A stretch of 64,000 nucleotides of DNA from Octopus sinensis. Its lineage: Eukaryota. Under the pieces are notes generated by a model that was not told the origin of the DNA, did no database searches, and worked only from the letters and a program-made list of their open reading frames with translations. Positions within the stretch are counted from its first letter, which is position 1; every line of letters starts with the position of its first letter. Made by a program: the position numbers and the translations under genes. Location of the stretch: positions 2,108,001 through 2,172,000 of the forward strand of contig NC_043025.1 in NCBI RefSeq assembly GCF_006345805.1, read 5' to 3'. Shown one piece after another: positions 35,957 through 48,119 of the stretch.

Positions 35957-38900
35957 ATGATTAAGTTAGGCTGTATAAATGTGGGTGGAATGGGGTCGAA
36001 ATGGAAACAGGATTTGTTTGCTGGATGACCTCATTTCACATAGAATCGATGTGGCTATTGTTACCGAGTCCAAGATGAAAAGACCCCAAGCGTTCTCGCC
36101 ACATCTCAATGGTTACGAGAAATTTATTTCTCCTAGCCGAGGGGAAGGTGCAGGCGTGGCAATCCTTATCAGGAAGAACTTGCACTTACAAGTAAGTCCT
36201 GTCTTTCTAGACCCAGAAGGTAGGCTGGTTGTCCTAGATGTGACTCGCATGAGTAAGCAGTCCTTCAGGTTGGTTAGCTGTCTATGTTCCTTATGGGTAT
36301 TGGCAGACCGGTTTTTATCGGGACCTGGAGCACTTTCTCGTGACGTCTAAAACGGTAGTCTTGGTAGGGGATTTCAACACTATTCTCGATACGCGGGTTG
36401 ATAGTGTAGGCTCGAACGTTAGGAGAGGGAATCCTTGCCTCAAGGCTCTACTAGCGTGCTTTAATCTAGTAGACTGTTTTCGACTGGATGAGCCGAACGT
36501 TCCACTGTGGACGTGGAGTAACAACGACGGCTCACGCAGATCGTATATAGATAGAGTATTTGTTAAGGAACGAGATAGGAATAGCGTTAGCTGTCCACAA
36601 TTTTCTGTTGTGCCTTACACGGATCACAAACTCGTGACGTGTGAGGTACAGGTAGATAAATGCCATAGACAGGGACCCGGGTACTGGAAGCTGAACAAGT
36701 CTATTTTGACTTGTGAAGCTTTCCGTACCCGGATTAAGGAATTAGTCCAGAGGGCATTATGTGGCACCATCATTAATAATAGATGGTGGCTCGCCCTCAA
36801 AAGAGCCATCCGTTTGGAGTCCATTAGATTTAGCAAGCAGCTTAGTTTAGATAGGACTAGAATAGAGGGCGAATTAGTTAAGAACTTAGACGAGGCAATG
36901 GAATCTGGCTGTACATCTGGTGTGTTGGCAGCGAGAACGGTCTTGTACCGTCATCTCAACGCCAAGCATGAGGGGTGTAGAGTCAGAGCTAAGTTACGTG
37001 CAGGGAAACGAGAAGGTATTAACGTTGCCGGATGGGCCCGTCGTGAGGAGAGTCAGAAGGGCAAAAAGTCCTGTATTAAGTCTTTAATTGTCCAGCAGGG
37101 TCGCAAGATCTATGGACAGGAGGAGATGCAGAAGGTCCTTCACCAGCATTTCGCCCGGTTGTTTGGGGACGGTGGTCCGCTCGATCGAGGGGGGGCCTTA
37201 AAGGACTTCCTAGCCGGTGGGCCTCGGCTCTCGACACGTGAGGCAGAATACTGTGAAGGATCGATCTCTCCCGCGGAGCTAAGAGAGGTTATGGCCGGTT
37301 GCGCCGGGGTAAAGTCGCCGGGGTTAGATAGTCTGCCCTAGGAATTTTATTGTTGTATGCTGGACTTGTTCGGGGATATACTGGCAAGCGTCTATGCAAA
37401 CTGGCAACAGAATGGGAGGATTCCCAGTTCTGTGAGCCGGGGAGTCGTGACACTGGTACAGAAAGCCCCGGGCAAGGGGGATAGTATTAGTAATTATAGG
37501 CCCATAACTCTACTTAATGTAGAGTTTAAGATTTTGGCCAAGGTGTTAGCAAAAATGTTGACGGCTGTCGTGGAGAAACTTGTCGGGAAGGCACAGACAT
37601 GTGCAATCCCAGGCAGGTCAATCCAGGATAATCTTCACTTTCTCCGCTACACTATAGTCAGGGTCGGGAAATTAGCCAGCAAAGGAGGGGCACTGGTCCA
37701 TTTAGACCAACGTAAAGCCTTCGATAGGGGAGACCATCAGTACTTGGCGGCGGTCCTCAGGGCGGCTGGGCTGGGCCCTGGCTTTTGCGGGTGGATCTCA
37801 GCTATGTACAGCGGCATCAAGTCCACAGTCCAGATAAACGTTTTCGTTCAAGCGTTCAGTTCGTCAAGGGTGTCCCTTGTCCCCGCTCGTGTATGTTTTG
37901 GCTCTTGAGCCATTGCTGCAGAAGTTGGAGAAGTCGGGAGGCAACCTTAATGAAATCGGATGCGGAAAGTCTGTTTCTGCCTATGCGGATGACGTCACCC
38001 TCATCGTGTCCAACGAAGCACAGCTACCTCGGGTAGAAGGTGCTCTCCGAAGATACGAAGCGGTGGCAAGGGCAAAAGTTAACAAGGACAAGTCCACCGG
38101 TTTGCGCCTCGGCACCTGGAGGAACAAGCCGATATTGTCCAGTGTTTTTGGACACTGGACAGATGGTCCTGTTAAATTGCTCGGATTTTGGTTTGGTCCA
38201 GACTCCCAGACGAAGAAGAATTGGAGCGAGGTAGCGAGCAAGGTAAAAGCGATAGTACGGAAGTGGTCCGGAAGGCATCTTTCCTTGAAAGGGAGGGCGG
38301 AGGTGGTACATATGTTTATAGCCTCTGTCATCATCTACCGCCTGACCGTCGTGCCTTGCTCCGATTCGTGGTTAAGCCAGTTGGAACGACTCCTTTTCCG
38401 CTTTTTGTGGAGGGGAGGAAAGCCACTTGTGAGACGCTACGTGTGTTGCCAGGAACCGCTAAAGGGTGGGCTGTGGATGCCTTGGCTAATGATGCGCAGG
38501 CATGCGTTGAGGCTGAGACATCTCTGGTGTCACCTGGAGGGTGATAAGGGGTGGAGTCCGCTGGCAGAGGAAGTCTTCCCGCGACCGGCCTCTACGGAGA
38601 GATTTAAACTCGGTTTCATTAAAAGACGTAACCTGACTTTATGGCAGAAGGAGTGCCCATAGGCACTCTAGTTGATCCACAAGGTGGGCAAGGCCGGCTG
38701 CGGGAATACCACCTCGGTGTTCTATAGAGGGCTGGTAGAGGCAAAAAATGACGAAGTCCTAGGAGGGGCTCTGGGGTTCGATGAGAATCAACTCTCCAAC
38801 CTGTTTAAGAAGACTTTCAGGCCGGGATATTTGGACAATTACCAAAAATCCCTGACCTGGCAATGCTACAGGAATGCCATATCTGTTCGCGAGAAGTTAT

Positions 38901-39310
38901 CCAGGCACGGAATGTCAGTACCACCGACGTGTCCAAGATGTGGGTTGGACGATGAAACCGTTCAACATTGTACAATGTCGGGAGCTGTCAGGCTTGATAA
39001 GTTACGTTGAACACGCGTTGTAGCATCTGGGACCAGTACAGCTGTCGGCTGGATCTATGATAAAGATGATACCGCCAAGTGGACTCTCAAAGGAAGGTAA
39101 GGCTTGTTTTTACTGTACGGTGGCAGTACTGAAAGAGTGTGTGTGGAGAACCAGAATGGAAGTTCTAGTGACAGGGTCCTTTGTCTCTGGCCCCGGTTTG
39201 TTAAAATACTTCAGATAACATCTGAAGAGCAAGATGGGGTTGGAGAAGTGGAGCCTGCCACAGAAAGAGTATATGAAACGTTGGCAGGATGTGATGAGAA
39301 AGGTGGGTGT
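35957..39310 (+). pseudogene. Tx1-like ORF2 (APE-RT-CCHC), multiply disrupted
   Basis: Split across ORFs 35979-36350, 36340-37341, 37357-37908, 37877-38662 and 38672-39010. Confidence 0.88.
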
Positions 39311-39714
39311 TAGTAACCCAGCTTAATCATCGAAGAAAGGAAAAATTAGTTGCTGGACCTTATAGGCTGCTGGGTTCAAAATTCGAAACCGGCACTTCCC
39401 ATTCCTTTTCATCTTACATATGTTATAATGTCTAATGATTTTTTTTGTTTTAAAAAAAAAATAAATAAAAAACACGCACTAAAGTTCTCGTTATAAAGCC
39501 AAGATTTCATTTCAAGGCAAAAGTAAGCCAAGATTTCGTTTCAAGGCAAAAGTTTTCCTTCATGTTACGATATAATTAATTTGTTATAAATTTCAAGTAT
39601 CATTTGAATTCTCATAACATTCTTTGTAATTGTTTGTCTTGTAATGTCCAATTCTATGTAAAATCGCATGATTGTAGTAGAGATTTCATCCGCAGCTAGC
39701 AGGTTCATGCTACT

Positions 39715-39759
39715 CTAGACCGATGATGGGCAAAGACCCTGAAACATGAGTGTCTCTAG
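39715..39759 (+). ncRNA. Type I hammerhead ribozyme, U4C core variant (copy B)
   Basis: CUAGA-CCGAUGA-UGGG(CAAAGA)CCCU-GAAA-CAU-GA-GUG-UC^-UCUAG; compensatory changes relative to 33920-33963. Confidence 0.7.
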
Positions 39760-39954
39760 ATGCAGGCCTAGCTGTTGGGGGTATTTGTCTCCTCTTCGTA
39801 AATATATAAGGACACAGCAAGTGTGTCGAAGCCGAGAGGAAGCGTCGATGCATCCTAGGGCTAAACAGCAGTGGTGTAATGCCCTACTGTCACGTTAAGT
39901 TGACAAGATACAACCATTAATATTTCTGACTATATATATATATATATATATGTA

Positions 39955-40078
<124 letters not shown>

Positions 40079-40260
40079 CGGACGCCATGATAGATCGTTA
40101 GCTACTACGCACGTTTTTTCTCTCCTTGTTTTTGTCCCTTTCTGTAGAAGAGCGTAGACTCGAAACGTAAAATACTTTTCCTATTCCTGACCGTTATACT
40201 AATACATCTGTTTGTTTGTACACCACATACCTCCGTCTTTGTTTATTTTCGTAAACTTTC

Positions 40261-40644
40261 AGTGGCTGTGTGGTAAGAAGCTTGCTAACCAACCACATGG
40301 TTCCGGCTTTAGTCCCAATGCGTGGCATCTTGGGCAAGTGTCTTCTGCTATAGCCCCGGGCAGACCAATGCCTTGTGAGTGGATTTGGTAGACGGAAACT
40401 GAAAGAAGCCTGTCGTATATATATGTGTGTGTGTTTGTGTGTCTGTGTTTTTCCCCCTAGCATTGCTTGACATCCGATGCTGGTGTGTTTACGTCCCCGT
40501 CACATAGCGGTTCGGCAAAAGAGACCGATAGAATAGGTCCTGGGTTTCCAAAGAATAAGTCCCGGGGTCGATTTGCTCGACTAAAAAGGCGGTGCTCCAG
40601 CATGGCCGCAGTCAAATGACTGAAACAAATAGAAGAGTAAAAGA

Positions 40645-40645
<1 letters not shown>
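40261..40645 (+). mobile_element. tRNA-derived SINE (family B, near full length)
   Basis: agtggctgtgtggtaag..ttgggcaagtgtcttc..gcggttcggcaaaagagaccg..aaatgactgaaac tail. Confidence 0.85.
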
Positions 40646-40703
<58 letters not shown>

Positions 40704-40820
40704 CACACATATATATATTGTCAATGATAATAAGGGTAAAATTAATTAATCAATTAATTAGTAATTATTAATTTTACCAAGCAGTTTTCAGTATGTAAAA
40801 TGACCATTTACAGTAAATTT

Positions 40821-41027
40821 AAACATTACTTGATATAATTAGGTTTCAACCCAAAATTTTGTTTACCACATACCGAACTTTTAGAAATAGCAGCCAAAGA
40901 ATTTAGCTATCTCTTCTACTATAAGAAGAGTCTCCCAGACAATGTATACTCAGAAACAATTTCTAAAAGTTCGGTATGTGGTAAAGAAAATTTTTTTGCT
41001 GAAACCTAATTATATAAAGTAATGTTT
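40821..41027. mobile_element. Small foldback/MITE with about 68-bp inverted arms
   Basis: aaacattact..accacataccgaacttttagaaat mirrored by atttctaaaagttcggtatgtggt..agtaatgttt. Confidence 0.75.
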
Positions 41028-41035
41028 ACATACAT

Positions 41036-41207
<172 letters not shown>

Positions 41208-41373
41208 GTGTATACATACACACACACCTCAAAAATTGATACGCTCTTTGCAAACATTGCTTTAACAATAAATACAATCCAAACACAAAATATTCTCTCT
41301 AAAAATAATCAAGCAAACACAACTGACAACACAAATCTTCTGGCGGGACCACCCCAATGACAAAGGACAACAA

Positions 41374-44300
41374 ATGACGAAGAAACAAAAACTGACACAA
41401 ACCAAGAAAAAACCTTCAAAACCCCAAGACTGGAACAAACTTCTAAACCAACGCAAATATGCTTATTGGAAAAGCATACGCTGTAAGAACATAGCCAACA
41501 TATATCAAAACTGGCGGGACTTGAAGAACCCAATACTCCCTAGAAAATTTCTTATCAAAGAAATAAGGGGTGAAACACTAGAAGAAACAACAATACGTGC
41601 AAACCTAGCCCTCTGCCGACTAGAAACGGAAATTTCCCTTCTACAAACACGAAGCACACACCAGGAAGATAAGATTAAATCAATTGATACCGTCATAATG
41701 GCCGAGATAACAGAAAAGAACAATAACCAAAACAAAGAAAAACTACAACAATTATGGAAAGAGGATACCGAACGAGAGGAGGAAAGATCCAGATTTATGT
41801 GGACCAAACAACATGAGTGGTTTTTAAACTACGAAAAGAACTATGGGGAAGAATCAATTATGAAGACAAAAAAAAACTACTAAAACAAATGAATAGATAC
41901 AACAAACCAACACCACAAACATATTGGACTCCCAGACATCCAAATAAGCCCTACCAAACACAAACCAAAATCCCGCTCCTTACACTGCCGAACCCCCCAA
42001 TTAACAGATACACAAAATATGAAAGACAACCATCAACCCAAAACCCCACAAAAACAAGCACACCAACAGCAAGACGAGCACAATACATACAACCAACAAC
42101 CTATAACACTTGGAGAGAACAAATAGAATATGAACAACCACCAACACATAACACTGGACATCCTAAAAGGACACACACATGGAACAATATACAAATGGAT
42201 AGAAATCAACACATAACCTACAACAAACATCGAGGAAATCGAAACCACACAAACACCAACAACATGCAACCCCACAAATTTACAAGATGGATAAAAAACA
42301 ACTCCCACTATCAATACAATACAAACACAATACATGAACCATCCACCTACCCACAAAGAAACCTGAACCCCAGTAATAAATATTGGCTCAACAAACACAG
42401 AAGATGGGAAGGAAACAACTACCAAAGACAAAACAACACATACAGACCACACAGACAACCCCAACTACAAGAAAACCTAAGAACTGAAAATGGAATTTGG
42501 AGACGTAACAACACAACCCATTTTCTAGGGAGAGGATACTTCAACCATACTCCAGACCCAATACACCGAAAATTCCGGATGAACTCCCAAAACACATAGA
42601 CTCCAAAATAATAAACTTATCTAAAAGAGAACTTGACGAATATGAAATGAACCTACTACTAAAAGGCCTCAAATTTACACCTACACCCACTCCAAACCTC
42701 ATAGAACTAAAAACTGATATAGACAACTTCAGCCGCTACCTCCGCCTTATGGAATTCTTTGAAAATAAAGAAACAGAAGATAACTCAATCATAAGAAAAA
42801 AATCCCACTTCACCCCTTACAAGGGAAGTGACAAACACCTTGACACATACACAGAAATAATATCCAAATTCCCTCTCCACACACACAAATGCAAACAGAA
42901 TCTCCGCAGAGAAGAAAAACAAGCCCTACAAAAACTGAAAAATGACAAATCAATCGTTATAAAAGAAGCTGACAAAGGTGGAGCAATAGTAATTATGGAC
43001 ACAGATTACTACAAAGAAAAGATACTAGAGTTACTGAACAACCAGACATATTACAAAGAGGAACCAATACCACCGGAGAAAACAACAATAAAAAAAATTA
43101 GAACTTTAGTCAATGAATATCAGGACTCCTTTACAGATAAGGAGAAAGACTATCTATGCAACTCACAAACCAAAGAAAGCAACTTTTATGGATTACCTAA
43201 AATTCATAAAAGCTCGGAAATACAGAGAGCCATAAAGGAACAGAGGAACCACTATATAAGAGTACAAAGGCCTGCAGACCTCACAATGAGACCAATAGTG
43301 GCAGGACCCCAGGCACCAACACAACAACTAAGCCACTTCATAGATATACTCCTCAAACCTTTATGTCCACAGATTCCAAGCTACATAAGGGATGACATAG
43401 ACTTCCTCACACACATTCCAAATACAGTCCCGAAAAACACCATACTTGCAAGCTTTGATGTCACAAATCTATACACAAACATACCACACACCCTAGGTCT
43501 AGAAGCTATAAAACAATCAATAGAAAAATACAGAGAACTTATAGACGAACGCTTCAAGACAAACTTTATCACCCAAGCCACCCAACTAATACTAGAAGAA
43601 AACACATTCTCATTCAACAACAAGACATACCGACAGATAAAAGGCACAGCAATGGGCACAAAATTCGCACCTTCATATGCCAACCTGGTGATGGGCTTCC
43701 TGGAGAAAAAACTATATGACGAAATAGGGAAAGTCTTTGAACACGACTTCAGAGAAGACATCAAGAAAAAGTGGAAATGCTACCTCGATGACTGCTTCAT
43801 CTTTTGGAACAGATCAGAAGAGGACCTACAAACATTCCACAACATCCATAATATGCTGCACCCATCTATCAATTTCACAATAGATACCAGCCACAACGAA
43901 CTTCCCTTCCTAGACATCAACATCAAAATACACAACTCCATCGTCACAACAGACATCCACTACAAAAAAACTGACACACATCAATACCTAAATTTCTACT
44001 CCTGCCACCCATCCCACACAAAAAGAAACATCCCATATAGTATGGCACGACGAATATGTAGCATAGTAACTGATTCACAAATACGAGTAATAAGACTAGA
44101 TGAACTCAAAAACTTCCTCCTAGAGCAAAAATACCCCCTTAAACTAATAGAAAATGGAATCACAAGAGCATTAAAACTAGACATCGCACAACTCAGGACA
44201 CCCAAAACAAAAAACAAAGAAAACATTATCCCTTTTATAAACACACACAACCCTGGAGTTACCAACATCTTCCAAACCATACATTCAAACCTACCAATAG

Positions 44301-44832
44301 CCTTACAAAGCCCCAAAATGAAAAACATATTAAACAAATATAAAAAACAGTAGACGACAGGACAAAAACCTAAAAAAAACACCTAACAAGAGCGAAATTC
44401 TCTTCAGAAACTAAAACGGAATTCTTTGCAAAAGTGTGCGGAGATGGTAGATGTGGGATCTGCAGCAACCCCACCTATAAAAACATAGAGGGAAACAGAG
44501 AGATGAGATTTAAAATTGATGACATATTCAAAGTAAATGCAGATATGAACTGCAAGACGCAGAACGTCATATACTGCATAACCTGCACCACGTGCAAGGA
44601 GAATTACGTAGGTGAAACTGGTAATTCTTTGTGCCAGCGAACCATGATCCACCGACAACATATTCGGCAGGAAGAACTACGCAAAATACCACTAAGCACA
44701 CACCTAGCTACATGTGGAGAAGGAAAATTTAAGATCTTGCCCTTCTACAAGTGTCCGAAGAACGACACCTCCTTCGGGAGGAATATGGAAAAACATTTCA
44801 TAGCTAAGTTCACCCCCAAATTAAATGGCTGA
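41374..44832 (+). mobile_element. Near full-length Penelope-like element (Neptune-type GIY-YIG) with long N-terminal extension
   Basis: IINLS..LLLKGLKFTPTP, ADKGGAIV, FYGLPKIHK, GTAMGTKFAP, YLDD, FLD, YKKTD; EN CGDGRCGIC..NVIYCITCTTCKENYVGETG..PLSTHL; about three frameshifts. Confidence 0.92.
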
Positions 44833-44849
44833 AACTTTACTCAACATAC

Positions 44850-44903
44850 ATTGAAGGACAAATTTTTCGATTTACAATATGATATAGTAGAACATTTAAT
44901 ATA

Positions 44904-44959
<56 letters not shown>

Positions 44960-45460
44960 TGTGTGTGTATGTATGTTACCTGTTATATACATTATATTGT
45001 TTTTGTAATTTACTTGATCTTTACTTGCCAATTGTCATTCTAATTTTAACCTTCCTATGATATGCAATTTTCAAGATAGTGTAATTTGATTGTTCATTTT
45101 GATTCGATAGAAGATGGATTTTTCTCTAATATTTCATGTGTAAGCATGTATATATATGTATATATATAGTGACATTGAAGGACGCATCTTTCGATTTACA
45201 ATCTAATATAGTAGAACATTTAGTATATGTCTCTGTGTGTATATATATATATATATATATATCTGTGTATGTATATATGTGTATTGCCTGTTATATACAT
45301 TATATTATTATCTTTATAATTTACTTCCATCTTTACCTTTTAATTGTCACTTTAATTTTAACTTTCCTATGATATACAATTTTCAAGATGGTGTAATTTG
45401 GTTGTTCATTTTGAACCGATAAAAGGGTTTTTCTTTAAATATTTTATGTATAAGTCTGTG
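44850..45460 (+). repeat. Tandem duplication (about 300-bp unit x2) immediately 3' of the PLE ORF
   Basis: 44850-45150 and 45172-45460 share cattgaaggac..ttcgatttacaat..caattttcaagat blocks. Confidence 0.8.
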
Positions 45461-46196
45461 TGTATATATATGTATTGGTATAAATATCAACACACAAAAA
45501 TATTTTTTCTTCTTCTCCACTTCCTCCCTTATTTTTATTTATTTTTTTATTTTTTTTATTTTTCAATTTTTATATTTATTTTTATTTTTATTTTCCCTTT
45601 TCTCTTTTTGTCTCTCTCCCCTTCTCCAAACACACAGAGACACACACACACACGCACACAAACACACACGGACACACAGAGACACACACACACACCTCCA
45701 CAAAACGATCATAGAAAGTATGACCCCAAATGACATTTGTCCGGCCAGCCTACCCAAGAACACACACTCAGTGACACCAGAATGGACAGAGAGCTAAAAT
45801 TCTTAGAAAACACTAGGAGGTCCAACAGGCCAAAGGAAATACTTCTTCTCCCCTCTCCCCTCCCCTCTTTTTCTCTTTAGGTTGATTCAGATTCAAACGC
45901 GCACACACACACACACACACATACACATACACACATGTTTTCTCTCTCTCTCATTTCCTCCTCACCCACCTCACCCTCTTATACTGTCTTATTCCTCTCC
46001 ACTACTACGAAACTCTATAAAATGACCAAATTCCCCACATAGGAAATGATTTGATTTGAAAACCCCACTTGAATGGGAGAAAGCGCTAATAATCCGAATG
46101 ATATGATCTGAATGATATGATATATATATGTAAAAAAATGTAATATATAAATAAATATCTATAAATATGAAACATCCGATCTGATTACCTCATTTC

Positions 46197-46254
<58 letters not shown>

Positions 46255-46256
<2 letters not shown>

Positions 46257-48100
46257 ATCCATTGCCCTTCGCCACCTCCGCCGTCGTGATGACATTGTCA
46301 TCAAACCGGCGGACAAAGGCGGGGCAGTGGTAGTGTGGCGCGCGGACCTATACAGGGAGGAAGCGCTCAACCAGCTTCAAAATCCACTCTTCTATCGCCT
46401 CCTCCCCTCCGATCCCACCTCCTCCTACCAACAGCGAGTGTCCTCCACCATCCACGACCTCATCTCCTCCTCCGCTCTCCCCCTCACCGCCACCAACCTC
46501 ATCGTCCGCACACCCCGTACCTCCACCATCTACTTCCTTCCCAAGATCCATAAACCCTCTAATCCTGGCCGTCCCATAGTCTCTGCCTGTAATTGCCCCA
46601 CTGAACTCATCTCCCTATACCTCGACTGCATCCTGTCCCCCTTAGTCGCAGCCCTCCCATCCCACATACACGACACCAACCACGCCCTCCGTCTCTTCAA
46701 TTCCTTTTCCTTCCCTTCCAGCCCCTCACACCTCCTCTTCACTTTAGATGTAAAATCCCTGTACACAGTGATTCCCCACAATGACGGTCTCCTAGCCCTC
46801 CAACACTTCCTCGACCGTCGTCCCGACCCCACCCCAGCACCCCCACCCTTCTCCGTTTGGCTGAGCTCGTCCTCACCCTCAATTGCTTCACGTTCGCCGG
46901 GGAAACGTACCAACAGGTGTCCGGGGTCGCGATGGGAACTAGGATGGGCCCCAATTTCGCCAATCTCTTTCTTGGCTACATTGAGGCCCAAGTGTTCTCC
47001 CAGTTCTCTGGGCCAACCCCCGAACTATACGGTCGCTATATCGACGACTGCGTAGGTGCCACCTCCCTTTCCCGTGAAATTCTCTGCCAATTCATCTCTT
47101 TCCTTTCCAACTTTCACCCCTCTCTTCAATTCACCTCCACCATCTCCAACACCTCTGTCAACTTCCTTGACATCTCTCTCCGCATCGATCACCCCTCCAG
47201 CTCTCTCACCACCACCGCCTTTTTTAAACCTACGGATTCCCACCTCTATCTCAACTTCTCTTCCTCCCACCCCTTCCACACCAAACGAGCCATCCCCTAC
47301 TCCCAGTTCCTCCGCCTCCGACGTTTGTGCAGCCGCGACCAGGATTTCGAGACCCAATCTCAATACCTGGCCCGCATGTTCAGACTCCGAGGTTACCCAC
47401 CCATACTCCTCTCTGATGCCCTCACCCGCGCCCGTCGCATCGACCGCACTACCGCCCTGTCTCCTTCCCCCCGCCCACCCCCCAACCGCACCCCTTCCCC
47501 CTCCTTTTCCACCCCTCTACCCTACCCCTTCGTCGCAAGATACTACGTGCCTTCCGTCGCCTTCAGCTTGATCCCACCACCCGCCCCATTTTCCCTAACC
47601 TACCCCTGTCCTCTTTCAAACGAGCCCGCAATCTGCGTGACCTCCTGGTCCACAGCACCCTCTCTCCTTCCCCCTCAGCCCCACACGGATCATTCCCTTG
47701 CTCTAGATCCCGCTGCAACACTTGCCCCTTCATCACCAACACCACCGCTGTCACCGGCTCCAACCTGCACACTGTACGCATTAGGCACTCTTTTACGTGC
47801 ACCTCGTCTGGCCTTATTTACTGCATTAAATGCAACCTATGCGGGATGCTGTATGTAGGACAGACGGGACGCCGGTTGTCCGACCGTTTCACTGAACACT
47901 TGAGGGACGTTCGCCTACACTCTCTTTCTCCCGTCGCACGCCACTTCCGCTCGGCCGGCCATTCCCTAGATGACATCTCAGTGTTTGGTCTCGCCCCCCA
48001 CCATGGTCGCCCACTTTCCAGGCTCCACTTGGAGCAACGCTACATCTTCACCCTACAAACTACCACCCCACACGGACTTAACACAGCCCCCTCCTCTTGA
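46255..48100 (+). mobile_element. 5'-truncated C-rich Penelope-like element (Neptune-type)
   Basis: IKPADKGGAVVVW, YFLPKIHK..PGRPIVS, GVAMGTRMGP, GRYIDD, FFKPTD, IPYSQFLRLRRLCS; EN MLYVGQTGRRLSDRFTEH..PVARHF..TTTPHGLN. Confidence 0.9.
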
Positions 48101-48119
48101 GATCCGTTTTTTTTTTTTT

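Larger units (their letters stand above)
34208..39687 (+). mobile_element. Near full-length Tx1/L1-clade non-LTR retrotransposon, with 14-bp TSD
   Basis: ORF1 with zinc knuckle CFKCGQKGHVRSVC; ORF2 with APE (VLVGDFNT, SYIDRVF, TDH, GYWKLN), RT (NYRPITLLN, AFDR, AYADD) and CPRC..ETVQHC; TSD atccgcagctagca at 34194-34207 and 39688-39701. Confidence 0.9.
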
